A DNA stretch of 64,000 bases from NCBI RefSeq assembly GCF_009914755.1, contig NC_060941.1. One strand, given 5' to 3'. The notes under the pieces are model-generated. The model was not told the DNA's origin. It ran no database searches and saw only the letters and a list, made by a program, of their open reading frames with translations. How positions within the stretch are numbered: the first letter of the stretch is position 1; the number at the start of each line of letters is the position of its first letter. The stretch is from the human T2T-CHM13v2.0 reference genome, Homo sapiens. Positions 12,903-24,150 of the stretch are shown piece after piece. The position numbers and the translations under genes were made by a program.

Positions 12903-13230
12903 ACCCAGGGCCCTGGGTAACTCACTTTTAGCCCCAGGGTAAGTTGGGAGGAAGACTAGATGCCTCCGAGGAGTCCAAAAATGCCAAGGTGGGGCAGGCA
13001 CCCCGAGGGCAGGGCTTCTCAGCCTCAGCACGACTGGTATTCCGGGCCAGATCATTCTTTGCTGTTGGGGTGGCCGGGGCTGTCTTCTACACTGTAGGAT
13101 ATTTAGCAGCATCTGTGGCCTCTACCCACTTGATGCCAGAAACACCCCTTCCCAGTCACGATCATCTCCAGACATTGCCAAGCATCTCCTGGTGGGGAGA
13201 GTACCCCCTGGTTGAAAACCCTGACCTCCA
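12903..13230 (+). repeat. Left arm of ~330-bp inverted duplication (contains MER20 at ~13010-13223)
   Basis: Reverse complement of 14466-14792, ~85% identity by eye; 43-bp exact match 12982-13024 vs 14672-14714. Confidence 0.95.
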
Positions 13231-13448
13231 AAATGGTGGGGCATGAGCTGAGGGCTAGCTGGGCTGGTTTGCTTCTTAGGAGAAGCACAGAGCAAGCATG
13301 GGGAGAAACCCAAGAATGGGGTCCTCGGCCAGGCAGAGATTCCATCGCGGCTCCTCCCTGTGCCTTTCTAGCCTCAGCAACTGGGCGGGACCAAGGCTTG
13401 GCGAAACTCACTGGTCACCCTCAGCTCGATGCCCTGCTTGGCCCTGCT

Positions 13449-13576
13449 GCCTGAGCGCAGGAGTCCAAAAGGCACCACTTGGCTCTCTCCTGGCCCTCCC
13501 ACCACTCACCCACACTCTCCTCCTCTCCCCTTACCCGCCTCAAAATGATTCTGGGAGGCAGCTGGCAGCAGGGGAG
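13449..13576 (+). repeat. Direct repeat copy 1 (~130 bp)
   Basis: Shares GCCTGAG..CAGG, CTCCTCTCCCCTTACC, AAATGATTYTGGGAGGCAGCTGG with 14239-14375. Confidence 0.85.
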
Positions 13577-14238
13577 TACAGCTGCCGCTAAGTTATCCAA
13601 ACGATTTATCTTAAGATTCATGCAGAATTCATTGTGTGGGGACCAGGGTGGGTTGTGCTTTAATATTCATGCAGATTTGGAAGAAATGTTAATCACGGGT
13701 TTGGGTAATTTGCACTTTTGCTTAATTCTCCTCCTCCTAGGCTCAGTTGGCTGCCCCGCTAGCCCCCTCACTCCTCTGCTCCTGGCTCCTGCGCCCTAGA
13801 GTTCTTCCAGCCCACCGTGCAGCTGGGGTGGACTCAGAGGTTGGAGGGAGGGTGCTGAGCTGCTGTTCCCCTGGTCGGACTGGCCCCACAGCACCTCGGG
13901 GTGGGGAGCGGGAGACGGGGTGGGCAGCGGCGGGAAGAGCTGCAGGAGCCTCTGGGACATCTTGACGGGAAATAGATAACCTGCTGTAGCAACCAGATAT
14001 GTGCAAATTAGCATTGATTATTCTCAAATTAACAGCTTGGGCATTTCAAACCCAAAACAAGGCCTCAGCTCTGCTCTGATCTTGCCCTCCCTCCCAGCTC
14101 CCAGCCCGGACTGTTACCCCCTCCCCACAATGACAACCATCTGGGCCTGATCAGGGTGAGAGGCAGGCTTCCTGGGGGAGGGGACCTGGGGGGTTTCCAG
14201 CAGATCTCATCGCCTTCTTACCCCTCACTTGGACCTGG

Positions 14239-14375
14239 GGCCTGAGTACAGGGGCCCAAAACAACTGGCACCCTCTGGCTGCTCCCTCCCAGCCCTCGCA
14301 CCCCTCACCCGTGCTCCCCTCCTCTCCCCTTACCACCTCCCAAATGATTTTGGGAGGCAGCTGGAGGCAGGAGAG
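14239..14375 (+). repeat. Direct repeat copy 2
   Basis: Colinear with 13449-13576. Confidence 0.85.
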
Positions 14376-14465
14376 GAAGAGATTCTTCTGAAAATTTTCC
14401 CTGGTTCCCACTGCCCAGTATAGCCAACTCCACCTCCTCAGCCCTACTTTCGGGGTCCAAACCCC

Positions 14466-14792
14466 TGGAAATCAGGGGTTTTGAACCAGGGGGAGCTTTG
14501 CCCCCCCGGAGATGTTTGGCAATGTCTGAAGATGATTGTGACCGGGAAGTGTTGCTCTGGCATCAAGCGGGTAGAGGCCATGGATGCTGCTAAGTATCCT
14601 ACAATGTGCAGGACAGCCCTGGCCACCCCAACAACAAAGAATGATCCAGCCCAAAATACCGAAAGTGCTGCGGCTGAGAAGCCCTGCCCTCGGGGTGCCT
14701 GCCCCACCTTGGCACCCTTGCTTTTCCTCAGAGGCACCTAGTCTTCTTCCCAACTCACCTGGGGGCTAGAAGTGTTACCCAGGGCCCTGGGT
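14466..14792 (-). repeat. Right arm of inverted duplication (contains MER20 at ~14473-14686)
   Basis: Reverse complement of 12903-13230; ends in palindrome TACCCAGGGCCCTGGGTA. Confidence 0.95.
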
Positions 14793-15109
14793 ATGAACCC
14801 CACATACATGGAGAAGGGGGCTTAGGACTCAAAGCCACACCCCATGAGCATGTGTCTCACTCTCTTCCAAGTGAGGTGGAGACAGCTGGAGGGGGCCCAG
14901 GAGCCACAGCAGAAGAACGCTGGAAAAGCCCTGAGTGCCCCAGGCAGAGGATCCAGCGCTCAGAAGGGGCTGCTCTCTACACTCCCCTCTCCATTTCAAG
15001 ATAAGAAAAGTCGAGTCCAGAGAAGCAAAGCCACTAGGCCAAGGTTACACAGCTCATTAGTGGCAGAGGGAGCTCTGAGTTCAAGTTTGCCTGAGGCCCA
15101 ATCAGATGG

Positions 15110-15555
15110 CTGCAGCATCAGAGTCCAAGCAGAAAACAGGCACCACTCTGAGTGTCTAAAAGGGGGAGATTTATGCAGGGACTTGATTGCACAGGTGAAG
15201 GAAGAACTGAGAAGGGGATAGGGAGGCAATTTGGGAATTAGCAACAGTGGGAAGCTGCTACCACCTCAGGCTGGAGGACAAACGGAGGAGAAGGCATCAG
15301 TGGACCCCACAGCCAGGTCCATCGTGGAAGCTGGTGGATCTATCTAAAGAGAGCAGAAGCAATGATGAAATCCAGCAATGCTGGAAAGGAGGAGGAAAAA
15401 TACTCTAGCTTCTCCCTCCTGCTTGCTCCCATCTCCTGCCGGGACTTAATGTCCAAACCAGTCAGGAGCCAGCTGCCACGGTCAGCCCCTCAAGGTGCTA
15501 AGCAGAGCAGGAGCATCGAAAACGGGTCTGAGAACCAGCAGGCAATTGACCAGCA
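15110..15555 (-). mobile_element. Old ERVL LTR (subfamily uncertain)
   Basis: CAGAGTCCAAGCAGAAAACAGGCACCACTCT, TAGCAACAGTGGGAAGCTGCTACCACC. Confidence 0.45.
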
Positions 15556-16704
15556 CAAGAACTTCCAAACCAAATGTTGTTCCCCTCCCTCCCTCAGGCC
15601 TTGCCGGGGACTTGTGAAGAGGAGGGTGAGGAAGAAGACCCAGGAGGAGAGGCACCACAGGCCTGTCCCATGCACCGGAGTCAGTGGAGACAGCGCAGCT
15701 GAGTTGAATAAAAAGGGAGCTAGGGGCTGGGGGTGTTGAGAGTTGGCTCTCTCTCCTCCAGGCCCATCCTCCCACCCCTGCTGGGATCTGGTCAGCTTCC
15801 AACCCCAGCAGCCGGTGTTACCTGCCACTGCCTGTCAGCTTTCCCCCCACCACGCAGCTGCTTCTATCTTGGCCCAGAATGATAATCAGGGAGCCACAGA
15901 CACAGAGAAAGTGTGGCAGCAGCCCAGATGGCCGCCCCTTCCCCTACCACTCCCTTGCTATGAAGACTGGGTGTCCAAATCCCTAGCGCCCACCCCCACT
16001 AGACACACTTATATGCATGCGCGGGCACAACATACCAAGGTGTCCCAGAATTAAAGTTCCCTGGGAAGGCTCTCAGACCAGACCATGTCAAAATGCAACA
16101 GAATATCTATTAAAGCAGGGAGTCAATGAGATGCTCATTGAAGGGGGGCACTTAGAAATAGTCTCAGCCCCTTCCTTATCTAGTGGAGGAGAACTCACAG
16201 CAGCATAGCTGACCTTTTCCAAGAGGGAACCCCTTGAAAGCTACAGGTGTATGGCAAGGAGGCCACCACCTGTTGCAGGTAAAGGGTATAAACTGTGACA
16301 TGCCCTGAGAGCCCCGGGATTCAGAGGTCACTTGGAATAGATGGTCCAAAGGTCGCCCAGGATAGCTGGCCCAAAGCAGCGCCTTAACACCATACCTGGC
16401 ACATGGTGAGCATTTAGGAAAGCACTTTTGTCTGCTTAAATTTCTAGCCCTTCTTTGGGCTCTTTTGGGAGACCCCTCATGCACTACATGAGCTTCAAAC
16501 ACAGTGGCCTGAGTGATCCCTCCTGGTTACAGAGTGATCATGTGACATCATGCATGTGATCGTGTGACTGAACTGTCTCGGGGCTGCATTCCCCAGATCA
16601 GAGTGATTGGTTCAGAGATGGACATGGAGTTCAAGCCAGCCAAGTAGTCTTGCTGGGGCAAATCTATTGACTCTGTTGGAAAAATGATACTTTGGCAGGT
16701 TCAC

Positions 16705-16855
16705 AGATGGTAACAAATGTACCCCTAGGTGCCTGCATAGATAGGAGGCGAGGCTCTCAGTATGAGGGGCAGGGGGTATACGAGAACACTGTATTTTCCA
16801 CTCAATTGTGTTGTGAACCTAAAACTCTCTAAGAAATAAAGTCTATTAAAAGCAA
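16705..16855 (+). mobile_element. L1MC-type 3' terminal fragment
   Basis: TAACAAATGTACC..TGTGAACCTAAAACT..AAATAAAGTCTATTAAAA. Confidence 0.7.
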
Positions 16856-16926
16856 AAAGGTTAAGGTCTTTAAATCGGGGGAAAAAAAAAACAGATAGAT
16901 GCCAATATAGAAAAGAAAGAAATACA

Positions 16927-17228
16927 GGTTGTGTGTGGTGGCTCACACCTGTAATCCCAGAACTTTGGGAGGCCAAAGGGGGTGAATAACTTGAGGTCAG
17001 GAGTTCAAGACCAGCCTGGCCAACATGGTTAAACCTTGTCTCTATTAAAAATACAAAAATTAGCTGGGCATGGTGACACATGCCCGTAGTCTCAGCTACT
17101 CGGGTGTCTGAGGCAAGAGAACCAGTTGAACCCAGGAGGTGGAGGTTGCAGAGTGGAGATCGCACCACTGCACTCCAGCCTGGGTGACAGAGTGAGACTC
17201 TGCCTCAAAAAAAAAAAAAAAGGAAGAA
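16927..17228 (+). mobile_element. AluS, full length
   Basis: Dimeric Alu with poly-A; TSD-like AAGAAATA. Confidence 0.95.
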
Positions 17229-17293
17229 ATAATATCATAATTTAATGTTGAAATATTTCTGTGTGTGAGGCAGAGGGGCTGGGAATTGCGCTT

Positions 17294-17597
17294 TGCAAAA
17301 TAAGAGCTATTTCTATGAAATTATATATTTTGGGGGGCATTTAGATACAGGAATTACTTAAATAGTTTAGCTTCTATTGAACTTTTGTGTATGGGGTATG
17401 AGATGGTAGGAAAGGCCATTTGCAACTATCTTTTTAAAAATCATAAATGCAAACTAAGCTTTTTCTATGAAATTATATATTTTGGGAGGGGCATTTAGAT
17501 ACAGGAATTAAATAGCTTAGCTGCTATTGAATTTCTTTTGTGTATGGGGCATGAGATGGTATGAAAGGCCCTTTGTAACTATCTTTTAAAAAATCAT
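17294..17597. repeat. Tandem duplication, 2 x ~150 bp
   Basis: TTTCTATGAAATTATATATTTTGGG..GCATTTAGATACAGGAATTA..TGAGATGGTA..AACTATCTTTT..AAAAATCAT occurs twice head-to-tail. Confidence 0.92.
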
Positions 17598-19153
17598 TTT
17601 TATTGAGTCTGAATATTGTAATAATATTTTGCACTACAGTTGCTAGTGCTGGGTGAATGAGAGCCTGCAGGGCCAGTAGTTATCCTGCCTGTGCTGTGCA
17701 GGACCCTGTCATGAGAATGAATCCAAATTGAAGTTCGAAGAGGAGAGAAAGTCCTGATGACATTGTTTGAACCCCTGGAAACACTCATGCATAAAGTCAG
17801 CACAACTCTTGGACATTTCAGATACATGGACCAATGAATTCCCTAATTCAAGTTGTGTTTCTGTTACTTGCAACAAAAAAGCCCCAATGAAATAAATCAA
17901 TGGATAAATGAGCATATAACCCAAGACTTGAAAGAAAAGAAACTTCAACTCCCATTCCCGAGATTCAAAGGTAAAGAGATTTATGTGGATAAAGCAAGAT
18001 AGACCAGCATGGCTACGCACAAAGCTTAGTGGCTGAGAAAAACAATGAGAACTCTTGCTTTATAAAACTGCCATGTGAAAGGAAGAGTCTAGGCTGGTGA
18101 CCCAGCTCAATGCAATGGCTTAAAGGTTTGTTCAGAAGAGTAGATTTTACTAGAAACTAAGGCTGATGTTGGAAGCTCCCCAGATCAAATCATCCTATCA
18201 CTTGGTTGCACAGTGGGAGTTGTTGGCCAAGCATGGAAATCTGAACTATAGGGGGCTGTGACCTCGATGCCCTTGGGTGGCACTGCTGTACCCTGAGTTG
18301 GGATTGAGACCATGAAGCACCTGCCATTAATTAGTCAGTGTCACTCACTGAGCTCTGCAGGCCCAGTCTCCAACAGCGACATCAGGTGGCAGTGGGAAGT
18401 AATGGCAGTGATTGACCAATGAGACTGTACTTGTCAAGTCTCTGTTGGAATAGGGCTGTACCCCTTAGTGCAGAGTAAGTCCCTGAGATTCTCGGACAAA
18501 TCCAGTGTGAGGGAGGCCACAGGAGGAGATCCTGGACATTGTGAGTATTCTGGCAAACAACTGGAAAAAAATAAGAGCTGTAATATATTTGCCTCCCAAA
18601 CTGGAAGATCAAGTCATGTTTTCCAAAAGATGTTTAAGGCTAGAAGGTCAAGAGCTTAAAAGTCTGATTCCAGCCTCTCATTAATCCAGTGTGTGACCTT
18701 AGGTGTGTCATGTTCACTTTTATTTCTTTATTAACATCCCCTCCCCCCCACACTGGAAAAAGAGAATGAGAAGAGCCAGAAGTCCCCTTCCAGTGCACCC
18801 ACAGATGATGCGGACAAAGCTCTCTGAAGGCCTCACCTACATCAGGTGGCAGTGGCTCCAGGCAAGTATCTCTCCTACTATACAACATCCCCCATGCCCT
18901 GCGGCTATAGGAAGCTGCCAGGACAGCAGACCTGGAAGAAAGCATCCTCCTGGGGTGAGGAACAATGCACAATGTGGGATTTGTATCAGGGGTGGCCCCT
19001 AGCATTGAGTTTAGGACAACCTCCTGCCAAGCAGCTCTCACCACCCCAATCCCAGTCCCCGAGAGGCCAAAACACAAACCTGACACCCACTTCAGGCCCC
19101 CCTTGCTCCTCTCCTGTGACACCTACCTCTCCCTATAGAAAATGCCAAGTAGG

Positions 19154-19466
19154 GGCCAGGCGCAGTGGCTCACGCCTATAATCCCAGCACTTTGGGAGGC
19201 CGAGGCGGGTGGATCACGAGGTTAAGAGATCAAGACCATCCTGGCCAACACAGTGAAACCCTGTCTCTACTAAAAATACAAAAATTAGCTGGGTGTGGTG
19301 GTGCACACCTGTAGTCCCAGCTACTCGGGAGGCTGAAGCAAGAGAATCGCCTCAGGTGGCCATTGCAGTGAGCCGAGATTGTGCCACTGCACTCCAGCCT
19401 GGGTGACAGAGCAAGATTCTGTCTCAAAAAAAAAAAAAAAAAAAAGGAAAAGAAAAGAAAAAAAAC
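19154..19466 (+). mobile_element. AluS (Sc-like) with small right-arm deletion
   Basis: GATCACGAGGT..GAGACCATCCTGGCCAAC; TSD CCAAGTAGG. Confidence 0.93.
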
Positions 19467-20441
19467 CCAAGTAGGGCAGGAACACCTGTGGGCCCCAGGA
19501 TGCTGGACCACAGCATGCAGGCAGGAAGAGAACCCTCACTCCCCGAGCTAGACGGAATCTCAGCAATGTTATTTAAGTGCTTCAGTTCACAGATAAGGAA
19601 ACTGAGGCCCAGTAGGGGGAGTAAGTCTAGAAAGCCTCCCAAAGGGATCAGCGGCTGGGCTGGCCAAGGCTGGGGCCCAGCTCACCTGTCTCCTAACCCC
19701 ACACTCTCTTCCAGCATCCCCCTCTTCCCAATGCCATATCGTCTCAGACAGGGGCTCTAGGTCTCTCAGCACAGCATGGCCAGCTCATGGCCACAGACAA
19801 GGATAGTGTGGGGCAGACCAGTAGGCCTCTAAGCCCATCCCACCCCACCCTTCTGCCCAAGGCAGGGAGCTTCTGAGCCCACAGCAATCCCCTGAGCTTC
19901 CAAAGGCTGCAGAAGCTCTGTCCAGAAGAGTGCAGACTTAAGGGGGATTTGGGTTGAGCAGGAAGAAAGGGAGTGGAGGGGGCTGAGGCCCAGAGTTGTG
20001 CTCTGAGGGGACTGGCTGTGGACGCCGAGAGCACCGTATGTCAAAGCTAGATCCGAGCTCAGACATAAGCCCCCTTCCCCTCCTTAGAGGGAAAATACAC
20101 AAGCTGCTTTCAATGAAGGCTTTAAATGGAACGTGTCCAGGCATTTCAATGTTCTCTTCCCAGAATAGGGCCCTCAATTCCATCTTCTCTGAGCTGGCAA
20201 CTAAGGAAGGACATCTCTAACTTTGCCTGGAAATTATAAGTCTGCCCCTTGCTATTTGCTCTGTGAGAGACAGTGCAGTGCAGTGGTCGGGCTGGAGACG
20301 CCAGCTTAGATTTGGGGGTGAGGCTGCCTCTCTGGGTGTGGCTCTGCCACTTACTGACTGGGTGAGCTCAGGAAACCACTTTATGTCTGTCTCTGAGCTC
20401 CCATTTCTTCACCTATAAAGTAGCAGGATAGCATTGCCTAC

Positions 20442-20908
20442 TGTATTTGTTTTTCATTGCTGCTGTAACATGTTGTCGCAAATTTAATGGCCTGAAACAA
20501 CACAAATTTATAATCTTACAATTCCATAGGTTAGAAGTCCGCCATGGGTCTCATGGGGCTAAAAGCAAGGCGTCAGCAGGTCTGCGTTCCTTCTGGAGGC
20601 TTCGGGGGGAATCATTTCCCCTGCTTTTTCCAGCTTCTAGAGGCTGCTCACATTCCTTGGCGCATGGTCCCTTAACCTCTGTCTGCCAAGCCTGCAGCAC
20701 AGCATCTCTCTGACCATCCTGTCATCACATCTCCTTCTCTGACCCCTCTTCCGCTTTAAAGACACACCCAAGTTATGATAATAATAAACCCCCCAGCCCC
20801 AAATCCTTAACTTAATTACATCTTCAAAGCCCCTTTTGCCATGTAGGGCTCCAGGAATTAGGATGTGCCTATCTTTTGGGAGAAGGGAGTATAATTCTGC
20901 CTACCACA
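20442..20908 (-). mobile_element. MLT1C/D-like LTR inserted in a MIR (~20270-21000)
   Basis: TGCTGCTGTAACA, AAACAACACAAATTTAT, CTTTTTCCAGCTTCTAGAGGC, CCTTAACTTAATTACATCT; TSD-like CCTAC/TCTAC. Confidence 0.8.
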
Positions 20909-22739
20909 TCTACTTTTTAGTGTTGCTGAGCGGGTTTAAGGCAAGGATTTAGCACAATGCCTGGTACACAGAAACCACTCGATAAAGGGCAGCTGTATTC
21001 ATGGACATGGCCTCATTTTGTGATGTCTTCCAAGGGCAGCTCCGCCTGCCTGTGACACACTGTGCCCCATCCCCTGCACACACATCACACCAAGGCCAGC
21101 ATGCACGTAGCACCCAGGGCACATATGACAGGCTTGCTGCCCGCTGTCCCTCTGCACACAGCCTGCCTCTGGCGCAGGCTCCAGATGCTGCTGTGCATTT
21201 TGCTTCTGCTCAGGCATTTGCATCCTCTTGCAGTGCCACAGATGTTTGCACAGATGTTCATATGCTGACAGACACATGTGCACATACATGATCTGCCACT
21301 CAGATCAGCAAAGTGCACACAGACACGCACACACTTGTCCCATATAGGCATGTCCACATCTCCCCAGACCCCACTGACAGAGGCCCCTGCTCAGAGAGGG
21401 CACTGCCACTTTTTCTGGCCCTGAGCAGATTGAGCTGCCTCCCTGTCCCCTGCAGCCTGCACTCAGCAGCCCCTTCCATGTCTTGTCCTGAGTGTCACCA
21501 CCTCCCACTCCTGCTCCCAGAGCCCCAGCTCCATTGATTGGCCTTGCAGCTCAGCAGCCGGAGATGTGCCCCAGCTGGAGCAAAACACTTGTAATTTATG
21601 GAGTGTCTGATTTTTAATCAGTTTTTTGTTCCTGTGCTGTAATTGTCCTAATTAGATATACATATTTTGATGAAGGTTTTTCCAAAATAAAAATTGTAAT
21701 CGAATCTTGCTTGACATTCTTTACACCCACTCGCTCAGATCCAAACTTCCACAGCAGCAGGCTCTGGAAACTGTGCATGCAGCTCAGGCATCTCCACACA
21801 CCTCCCCTGGACCACTGCAGGAGCTGTCCTGTGGCTCTCACAGGCTGGAAGGCAGGCGCCCACTAGGCAGGGCAGTTTCCTTTGCCCTGGGCCTCCAAGT
21901 GCCCCATCAGGGTGGGGCAGCCTTCTCCCTGCGGGTCTGGGCCCTCCAGGGCTTCTGGGCCAAGGCTTACCCCTGGGGGAGGGCTCAGGACTATCTAGCA
22001 CTGAGGTGCTCTCTCTCTGCCCATGCTTCTGCTCCCTGGGACCCCTTCACCAACCACGGAGAATTGATGCCATCCCACAGGCCTCAAGGGCAAAGGCTGC
22101 TTCTGTCATCCCCCACTCTGATAAATAACAACAATTCCTGCCACTTACGGAGTATCTACCATGTGCCAGGCACTGTATTTTATATACATTAGCCCTAATC
22201 TGCATAACAACCCTCGGAGGGGATTTTTCAGAGGAAGAAATCAAGACTTGGAGAGGGTAATTCACTCGCTCAAGGTCACATGGCAATAAATGAAAGGACT
22301 GCAGTCCTCTTTGCCAGAACACTGAGAGGTAATGGCTGCCTTCCTGGGAAAATCCAAGAGGAGCTGCAGTCCTCCAGCTGCTCCTCTTAGGGGGAGGATC
22401 CACAGGGCTGATCTTACCCCTGCACCCCAGCATCAATCTGCAGCTGACCTTGAATAGCCAATGATGCAAAATTCCTCCTTCTGAGCCTACAGTACAGACC
22501 ACACATGAGAAGTCTGGTGTCTGTCTACATGAGTCTCTCTAGGACCTGGAAACCAGGGTTCAGGTATCAGTGTGTGACCAAGAAGTCAGCCCTGCGACTG
22601 GCTGGGAGGCTGTGGACAAGAGCTGTTTCCTAGGATCTCAGACTCCAAGAAGGACCCTCGCGGCAAACCTATCAGGAGATCCAAGCTAAGAACTTTCTGT
22701 GCTGGTTCTTAAACTGCTGACTCTTACCTCCAAACCTCC

Positions 22740-23250
22740 CAGTCATACTCTGCAAACCATGGTTGTGCTTCGCCTGATGCACCCAGTTAGCTCCTGCCAG
22801 TAGGGGGCACTCGGGAGACAGGCAAGAAGAGGGAGGAGGACTTGTTCCTTTCCTTTGCTTCCTGTCCCTCTCTGGTGATGGGTCTTCAATCTGGTGGTGG
22901 AGCTGGTTCTATTGTCAGTAGTTGGTCCTAGTTTGCAATGTGCTTGTCCCACACTTCAGAAGGTGCCTTATTGTGCCCTCTCAGAGATCCCAGCAGCAAC
23001 TGGCACCTGCCCCATCCCTGAAGAGCTCTGAGTTCCAGCTCCTAGTGGCCTCTCCACCAAGCTTTTAAATTCCAATAATCCCAATCTCTTCCCTTGTTCC
23101 CTCAGCCCTAGGGATGGTGGCTGCTTCTTGCAGTTGCTACCTTTATGATTGCTTCATAAGTATCACAGAACTTTTGCAGTTCTCCAATACTCCAACTCCT
23201 TCTATTAAATTCTCTCTGTTAAAATAACTGGTGTGGTTTCTGATGTTTTA
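22740..23250 (+). mobile_element. LTR41-like ERVL LTR
   Basis: GCCAGTAGGGGGCACT..GAGA, CCTCAGCCCTAGGGATGGTGGCTGCTTC, ATTAAATTCTCTCTGTTAAAATAACTGG. Confidence 0.55.
22795..22812 (+). promoter_or_regulatory. CTCF motif match
   Basis: CCAGTAGGGGGCAC fits the core CCASYAGRKGGCRS at every position. Confidence 0.55.
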
Positions 23251-23669
23251 CTGCCCTACACCCTGCATGGTGTCCAACTGTAAACTGGAAAAGGTGTGTT
23301 GAGAGGTGCCACAGCCACACCTGTGTTGGGGAGTGTGGCCCACTGGCCCACAGAGCTGGGCAAAAAAACCAGCAGAGAACTATGCCACCTCTAGTGCTCA
23401 ATCGGCACACTAGGCTGAACTGATAAAGGAGTAAGTGAATGAATGGACAAAAGAATTAATAAATACAATAAAAATGATCAACCATGGAGCAGTCTGTTCC
23501 AGACCCAGACATGGCACCCCCCTTCTTACAGAGCCCAGCACAGGCTAAAATCACCAAGACAATCTGATTTGGTAATGGTTAAGATGAGAAGTTTGATTGT
23601 TCTCTGGGGTAATTTGACACAGAAAGGGGGAGTAGGAGCAACACTGAGCACCAGCTGAGCCTACTGACT

Positions 23670-24150
23670 GTAGTAATTAGGGTAATTAAAGCTAGCAACT
23701 GGCCCAAAAATCTTGGTGGTTTAATAAAACTGCTCAGTGGTTTATTTCTCACTCACCTCAAGTTGAATGTAGATGTTGCTGATCAATCAGTTCTTCCAGG
23801 AGATTCCCCTCCAAGTGGTGACTCAGGTATCCAGGATCCTCCCTGGATCTTGAGGCTCTGCTGTCCCTAGGATATCCTGGAAGTCCTCTGTTAGGGATTC
23901 CCTATATTGAGCTGAAAGATGAGAAAAGAAAGAAAACATGGAGAATCTCCCACCCAATGCTCAACCACCTTGGCCTGGAAGTAATATGCATCATTTCCAT
24001 TCAAATTCCACTGGTGAGAACTAATCATATGGACCTACCTAGATGCAAGAGGGGCTGGAAAATATAATCCATGACTGAGCAGCTATTTTCCAGAAATGGT
24101 GATACACCATGGATGTGGAACATATTTTTGTTGGTCAGCTAACTATTTCT
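23670..24150 (-). mobile_element. MLT1J/K-like LTR
   Basis: TTTATTTCTCACTCAC, GTGGTGACTCAGGTATCCAGG, GGCCTGGAAGT, TTCCACTGGTGAGAACTA. Confidence 0.55.

Noticed and set aside
12969-13470. 12-mer AGGAGTCCAAAA shared by the left arm and direct repeat copy 1
   Set aside because: Too short to distinguish from chance
12879-14769. Pairs of similar ORFs on opposite strands suggesting paralogous genes
   Set aside because: They reflect the inverted duplication and MER20; frames are not conserved between the arms
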